Positions 22,688-29,510 of a stretch of 29,510 nt of DNA are shown here, piece by piece. The stretch lies in assembly GCA_003344405.1 (NCBI GenBank), contig NOWV01000187.1, forward strand, positions 124,001-153,510, given 5' to 3'. Made by a program: the position numbers and the translations under genes. The stretch comes from Trichoplax sp. H2 (lineage: Eukaryota). The notes beneath the pieces were generated by a model, which was not told the DNA's origin, searched no databases, and was given only the letters and a program-made list of their open reading frames with translations. Each line of letters opens with the position of its first letter. Positions within the stretch are counted from its first letter, which is position 1.

Positions 22688-25600
22688 CAAGTTTACAGTT
22701 TTATTGCTATAATTCCTTCATAGCAAACTTGGGTTTGCTAGATGATGTATAATGACATACTGTCCCATCCAAATTCCTGCGAGTTAACTTGCTTTAACAA
22801 ATAAATTGAATTGTATTATATTTTTATTATTTCTATTACGGTCAATTGTATTCGTTTGTATCATAATAATAAATAGTTGCAAGTAAAACAGATGATACAA
22901 ATAATTTATTAAATTAAGCTGTTTACGTTTTTGACATGCTACCGAATCATTAATGACTTTCTTGTACGATATTACGAATACGCTGATGTACGAAGAGATG
23001 AGTAAATAGTCTAAACTGTAATTATGTTATTGACTGACTAGTAGATACGGGAAATCCAGCTATAATCCAAGCAAAATTACTGACACATTGTTTATCCTCT
23101 TTATTAAAGAAATATAAATATGCTATCTTTTTTACTATTCAACTTATGTAATGAAACTAAGGAGCTGTAAGATTTTGCCAACAAAATTTACTTAAACTCT
23201 TCCAATATTATACCAGTTTGCTTTCAAATAAGCTACATCTCTCGTAAATTAAAAAGAAATACATGTTTAGTTTATCAAGTTCCAACATTCTTTATTATTA
23301 GCATAATATAATATTAAGCATTGCTTTAATAGTCAATAATCTTCCAAATATTTCTTGAAATAAGCTAGAAAGTTGTAATTATCTGAGACTAAATACAATC
23401 TTCCTAGGAAAGGGACTCATGCAACGATCGAATGAAATTATAAGTGGTCGCAACTTAAATAATTGCGGATGGAATTAACTTTAATTGTTTAAAAATTAAT
23501 AATTTACTTGCATGAAAAGATTATTTTTTAAGTCTTTCTATTAGAAAAGGCGGATAAACAAACTATTCAAGCTGAAAATAAAATTTCTCCATTATCTATT
23601 TCCAGACAGAAGATAAATAATGTAGCTAAACTATCGCAAGCAAGCATTTTAATGATTTGCTAAGAAGGAAAGCGCTTGCAAACTTCGCTATTTATCTGAG
23701 CCAGCCTTACCATCAATTTATTTTTCATCTCTAAATTCAGTCTTTGTATAGTAGAATAGCAAAAGGTAACTATGATGGAATTACAGAAGATATTATAAAT
23801 TAAAATTGGTAACATTGCTCTATCATACTTCTACTATTGTCTTCATTTCCTGGAAATTACTAGAAACTTATGAGATTGGACAAACATGTCTTCACAACTT
23901 TCCGTTCATAATAAAAAATTAAATTCGGCTTTGTTATTTCAAGCAAAGAATAGTTAGTTGTTTATTCTATCAATGGCTGTATCTTGTTTGCTATCTGCGC
24001 ATTTCGGTATCTGTAAGAATACAGTTATGCTTTAAGAAGAAACTTCATCAGCTAGTACAGCCAATAATTTTATTTAACACCAACGGTAGTGTGCAATCTA
24101 ATACCGTAAGTACGCTTTGAAATATCTGACTTTGTGCTATGTATTCACCTGAAATCATTCTTATCCAGTTAATAACTGCTATTGTCTACGATTTTAAGAG
24201 GAGCATGGTATCTGCCCAAATTGGTAAGAGTAATATATCACAGACACAGAAAAAGTAGAGACTGCAAGACCATGAACAAAATTCGACAAACAATTTAGTC
24301 ACGTTTCTAAATTGAATGGAATATTTTGCCCTTGCACGAGTTGCACACGTTGCTGCATAGGTCCGGTTTTAACGTAAAATTAATAATTGATGATAAAAAA
24401 TGATGAATTAACATAGTAAATATCATAATGAAAGTATATAAGCCACTAAATATAGTTAATGTAAAGACCTACAGTTTTACTCTAACAATAAACCTCTGAT
24501 GTTAAAAATATGTCTTCAATGCCTTTCTGAAATGTAGTAGTACGTCAATGAAGCTGGATTATCATGAGTTCCCTTAGAGTTAGTAGCGTGATTTTAGCAA
24601 AATTTAATGATTTTGGAATCTAACTATGAGTAAATTCAATCTATAGTTGAGTCTTTCGTTTCATCCTTATACCTTAGACAGAAGCTGAATAACCTAGTAG
24701 TTGTGAATATGATCGATTAAATTTCAAAATTATTAGTTACATTAACCAAGATAATGTCGGAGCAGTTTAAAATATTGACATTAAATAAAATTTAGCATTG
24801 CTGCTGTAATACCTAGAGATGCGAATTTTATATACCAATTGCTTCGCACTTAACAAATCACTTGCAATTATCTGTGTAAAACATTCTTTTAATATCTAAG
24901 TTTACATTGGATAGATAACTATTTTATATGTAATTTCGATATGGACGGTTCTAATGATTAATGATGACAACTTTGCTTAGAATATGATTGAATTCTGCCA
25001 TTTTAACCACTGAGATGCATGGAAGAAGATAGTTTGAGTCGGCTTATTCATTTCTAAATCTCTTAATTTGTTCCTACGTTCTGGAAATTCGAAATTTGAT
25101 GGTCCGGCACTATGATGTTGGGAAGATTGCGGTTACAATTATTTCTATCACTTTCGGTATGAAATTTGATTTCCTTTGAAATAAAGAGCATTACAGAATT
25201 CTATACTTCTTGCTTTCCATGTGCTCTAACTTTGAAACATAACTAATTATTTATCGTAGTCATAAACTAGCTCTATGACATGATAATGAAAAAGCTAAAA
25301 GTACAAATTCTCTCTAAACTGTTAGCAATGTTAAGCCACTAAAATCCGTCTAAGAAATACTTGGGAACACTCACACGTACCCCTAATTCTACTAATCCTC
25401 AATGATCTGCACGCCTTTAGCTTTATGTTAACTATTATGCTTAAGAACTAACTATATTATAAAAAATACTGCGCTGATATGCCCCTTTAGCAATAACTTA
25501 AAATTATTATTAGTACCGGTATCAAAATGCCAATAAAATTAGATATTAAATTCATATGTAAATAATTACTACGGTGACACTTAACAATATCGATTTCCGA

Positions 25601-27098
25601 TTACTAACACAGGACAGTCAGATTATAATATGCTATTCACAGAATCAATAAGACAAAATATGCAATCTAATGTGAATTAATCATAATTACGTATTGCGGC
25701 TCAAGATGTGTAATGTATGAATTATCTCATAATCTGGGTAAAGCTATCTGTCAATAAATATCACTATCTTCTCTACGGTGAGAAAGCACTATGATAATTT
25801 ATCATGAGAATTCTATTTATAAATTGCAATGCTAATCAGTTAAGTTACTTTCATATTTTGATCTATTTTATAATTTAGTTTTATTTCATAATAGGTTATA
25901 CAAAACTTAACACGACTGAATTCCTTTAATCCTGTATATTCGATTCGTATTTGACCGTAAATATATATATACGTAACATATATATATAAGTGAGGGTTTG
26001 ATTGTTGATTAACTATAATTATATTGTTAGCAGTGCATTTACTGGTAATTGTAATAAACGTGTTCTACTAATGGTCATTAGAGAGTAGATCACACAAGTA
26101 ATTTTATAATTGTAGATTTTATTACTGATTCTCTATCGATTAAGATACTGCGTAATAGTACAACAAGCTCTGACAGACAAGGAAAACTTCTTACGAAAGC
26201 AGATCTTAGAAAAGAAGGACTAAGAATAATAATAACAGAAAAGCGTAGCTGCTTAAATACGTAATTTAACTTGTTTACAATATAACAATTGCGAAAAGCA
26301 TCTTTTAACACTTACAAAACTTAGTATGAGAATAAAATTCTACGATTAGTATCATATTCTACGAAGCTGAAATTAAAGTACATAAAATCTTGACAATAAT
26401 AGCATATCTAACAGCATCACTACACTCGTATTTTTCTAATCTGCTATGTTTCTATAAGCTTACATCTTTATTAATGACTAGGTGCATTTGCGTATAATCA
26501 TTATTTTCTCATTTTAATTTATTCCTGGATTTAAGAGTTTTTCTAGTTACTAACTATTCTTATTAGCTGTACATTCGCTACTTCTCTAAGTCGATTTGCG
26601 TACAAATTTAAGAATTCAGAATTTCAGCATTACCTTAAAGCAGCACTTATTTAGTATTCTATTTTGTAATGTCAGAATACTTAATTCGTGGGTGACTAGC
26701 CCTTTGTTGTATTTATCACTCCTTATTTTGATTGAATTTAGTTTATTGCCTTAGAATCGAATAGGCTGGATAAAGCGATACCTGAATATATTTATTATTT
26801 GCTGTTTTGGTTAATTTTTTAATTCACTGGCGACTTACTATAATTTGTTAGTATCTGATTAGCTAAACCTTGCAGCACAAAGTTTAATTAGCCTTAAGCC
26901 ATTTTTAAAAGTTTTCATTACTGATCTTTTTTTATCTATTTCAGTAGATTCAAATTTAATTAGTGAAATATTTTTGAAGCATATATATTACTTTATGTAT
27001 TTCAACTCGTTCCGTGTGAAGTACAGTTTTATAAATGGCTACTTACGTGTACAATTTTCTTCGATTTTGATCCTTTTTCATAATTTTATTATTCTTAG

Positions 27099-27144
27099 AT
27101 AATTACTGCAGTACAGCGGATGCTGTTTGGATTGCCATTAGGAA
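27099..27144 (+). CDS. Gene D exon 2 (IITAVQRMLFGLPLG)
   Basis: attcttag|ATA...GGAA|gtaagt, 46 nt, phase 0 to 1, equivalent to gene B exon 2. Exon 1 was not confidently located. Confidence 0.7.
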
Positions 27145-27337
27145 GTAAGTGCTCTATTTAATATTATATTAACTAGAGCACGCTATTAAATATCTCCCGG
27201 CGATAACCTTACAAATTTTTATAGTTCTAAAGGAGATTGATGTTGGTTAATTTCTGATCACTAGATATTTGTACTTTTCTGTTATCGTTTATAAAATTAG
27301 TAATTCGCTCCCAATTTTATGCATAATGAATAAATAG

Positions 27338-27739
27338 TGGACAAATCTTGGATTCGAAGCTATCCAACTTATCCAGTCTGCCATCATATTCCTGATATTC
27401 AGATGAAATTTTCTCAAGCTCGCACATATTGTCAGTCATACGGTGGCGATTTGGCTATATTCCAGTCTGGGAACATGAGCATTTATTTCAATTTTAAGAC
27501 TATATTCTATAGCAATTTTGGCTTGCAAAATGATACCTGGATAGGACTGACTGATCTTCGCATATCAGAATCGGAAAATCAAGCTCAGTGGATTAATGGC
27601 CAGATAGCAAACACATCTAATTTACAACCAGGTCAACCTGATGGCGCAACAGAAGATTGCTATGCGATTAATGGAACTGGAAATCAAGAATGGTTTGATG
27701 ATTACTGCAATAAATTGAAATATTTTGTATGTGAGAAAG
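27338..27739 (+). CDS. Gene D exon 3: C-type lectin domain 1 with QPD motif
   Basis: aaatag|TG...AAAG|gtacgc. Motifs ARTYCQSYGGDLA, TWIGL, GQPDG, EDC, WFDDYC and YFVCE. Confidence 0.92.
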
Positions 27740-27915
27740 GTACGCTGACATGATAGAATTTGGATGGTCATGAATGAATTAGATTGATGACGAATTTTAA
27801 GATTAAGATGCAGAATTAGTTAACCTATATAATTAAATGTCATGTACTGTGATCGAGGTCAATATCATCAATATAAAGATTGTTAATGTATTCATTTTTC
27901 ATATTTTTGAATTAG

Positions 27916-28305
27916 TTTGTAATGATTCTCACATTCAGTACGAAAATCGACACTTTTTTGTCTATGAATTCTTGGGTAACTATGATAGTAGTCGACAAAT
28001 TTGCCAGAATTACACCGAAGGAGGAGATTTTGCAATGCTAGATAATGCTGAGATAAATAATGTCTTCAATCATTATTTATATTTATGGTCCTCTTCGATG
28101 TGGATGGGACTGAGAGATATTAATAACGAAGATAATATAAATAAATTTGTTTGGGTTGATGGTACTTTGGCCGATACATATACAAATTGGGGTGCCTATA
28201 TGCCATTATCAGATCGAGATTGTGGTCTTATGGCAAGAATTGGTCAGGATTATAAATGGCTAAACCTTGCATGTAATATCTTTTTGGCATCACTTTGTGA
28301 GTTCG
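27916..28305 (+). CDS. Gene D exon 4: C-type lectin-like domain 2
   Basis: aattag|TT...TTCG|gtaagt, 390 nt, phase 1-1. Motifs RQICQ...GGDFAM, MWMGLRD, WVDG, YTNW, DCG, WLNLAC and LCE. Confidence 0.92.
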
Positions 28306-28405
28306 GTAAGTGTAATCTTCATTTGTAATCCGCCTTTATTAAAGTAATATTGAATAATGATAATCTATATTTATATCATTCATTAGATCTCATTTCTTTC
28401 ATTAG

Positions 28406-28507
28406 AATCAGCTTCTACACCAGTCTCACCTACTTCTGCTCCTTCTGCTATTACTACAGTGCTTTCTCACTACTATAAACAAATGGATATTGAAGCTGAA
28501 TATACAG
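28406..28507 (+). CDS. Gene D exon 5: S/T/P-rich linker (ESASTPVSPTSAPSAITTVLSHYYKQMDIEAEYT)
   Basis: tttcattag|AA...ACAG|gtgcga, 102 nt, phase 1-1. Donor chosen by homology to the A2 linker; an alternative in-frame donor lies 15 nt downstream. Confidence 0.75.
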
Positions 28508-29196
28508 GTGCGACGGATATTGGTAGAATTTGAGAATAATTTAGACTAGTTTATAAACATTTAACAGGGCATAGATTCGCATAAATTATAATTGAACGTA
28601 TAAGTCATATTCAGTTTTATTAAAACTGAATCGAATTTATTCAAGCTCCTGTTTGTATAGAATTTATTACTTTATAATTCTATAAAAATAGATAGATAGT
28701 ATATTAATCTATTAATAAATATAAGGTAATATACCTGATTTTAATGTAATTTAATCGGATACAAAATAATTGATATTCTACTGTAGCGATACTGTAGCGA
28801 TTTTCAGATACATTGAGTCCACTAGATGAGCTAGCTTATGGACAATACAGTCTTTTGACCAACGTCCTGTTTTAAGTCATACTTTCTTTAGATATACTGT
28901 ATACCTTACTACCGAAGCATACTATTGATAGCAAAGAGACATCGGATTGATACCTAAATTTTGCGTAGTACCATACCTGCTAGTAGCCTATTGGTTGAAT
29001 AAATATTGCATTTTGTGATAATTGTGCAAATTTTGCTATTCATAAGGCTATTTTTTTACGACCGTGGTGATCGATTGATTATATTGTTAGTTTGGTAGTG
29101 TATATTTATAATGAAGGAAGTGGTAAATGCTAAAGAATAGCAGATAAAATATATGTTATACATATTTATTGTTATGCTATTTAATGTTAAACATAG

Positions 29197-29387
29197 CTAC
29201 TGGTACTTTTGGACTCCTTGCTTCATCTAATACTTCCACACTGGTGCCAATAATTTCTTACCACGGGGTTTCACGCCTTCAGTGCGCTTTTTATTGCATG
29301 AAAAATACTGTGTGTATTCAGTTTACCTACAATTATACCGTAGGTAATACTTCTAATGAAAATATTTGCACCCACTATTCAAACTAA
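29197..29387 (+). CDS. Gene D terminal exon: PAN/apple-like domain
   Basis: acatag|CT, phase 1. Encodes SYHGVSRLQCAFYCMKNTVCIQFTY...ICTHYSN*. Confidence 0.85.
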
Positions 29388-29510
29388 AATTATAGTCTGG
29401 CAATGATCTTCTCAGAGTTTACATTAGAATTTACCTTACATTGTACTTTAAAAAAAGTTATGATATTCAATGAGCCGAAATTGCTAATAGCACGTTAAAT
29501 AGACTTTGCA

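Noticed and set aside
26006-26044. Hydrophobic 13-codon stretch ending CTG|gtaatt as candidate exon 1 of gene D
   Set aside because: The first codon is TGA, with no in-frame ATG. AT-rich DNA often translates as hydrophobic by chance.
12561-26311. Minus-strand ORFs 12561-12743 and 26090-26311, and plus ORF 6450-6641
   Set aside because: Short, no recognisable domain, and intronic, intergenic or overlapping a real exon in another frame.
28779-28800. Exact 11-bp tandem duplication TACTGTAGCGA x2
   Set aside because: Most simply replication slippage. A transposon footprint cannot be distinguished from sequence alone.
1-29510. Prokaryotic or viral systems (CRISPR arrays, operons, rRNA/tRNA genes) and a species assignment
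   Set aside because: No spaced repeat arrays, long ORFs or RNA-gene motifs were seen, and the coding segments are split by GT-AG introns. Composition resembles AT-rich invertebrate genomes such as placozoans, but this needs a database search.

Overview
AT-rich eukaryotic genomic DNA with GT-AG introns, probably from an invertebrate animal (species not determinable from sequence alone). The window holds a head-to-tail, plus-strand tandem array of one secreted-protein family. The full exon plan is: signal-peptide exon 1 (ends phase 0), a 46-49 nt exon 2 (phase 0 to 1), C-type lectin domain exons CTLD1 and CTLD2, a Ser/Thr/Pro-rich linker exon, and a terminal 4-Cys PAN/apple-like exon. All internal exons after exon 2 are phase 1-1. 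Units in order: (A) 3' end only, with a decayed linker and an intact PAN exon at 376-572; (A2) 2714-6801, an open 129-aa model with no lectin exons; a degenerate PAN remnant near 7300-7449; (B) a complete 384-aa gene at 9156-14759; (A2') a dead duplicate of A2's 3' half at ~15881-17946, interrupted by an LTR-like insertion; (C) a pseudogene at 18772-20049; (D) an open gene at 27099-29387 whose first exon is unresolved. Two unrelated solo-LTR-like elements are present (16495-17413 and 21891-22487). The most notable inference is that the PAN domain is circularly permuted, with its normally C-terminal 'YYEK' strand encoded at the end of the preceding linker exon. All gene models were spliced by hand and have no transcript or database support.
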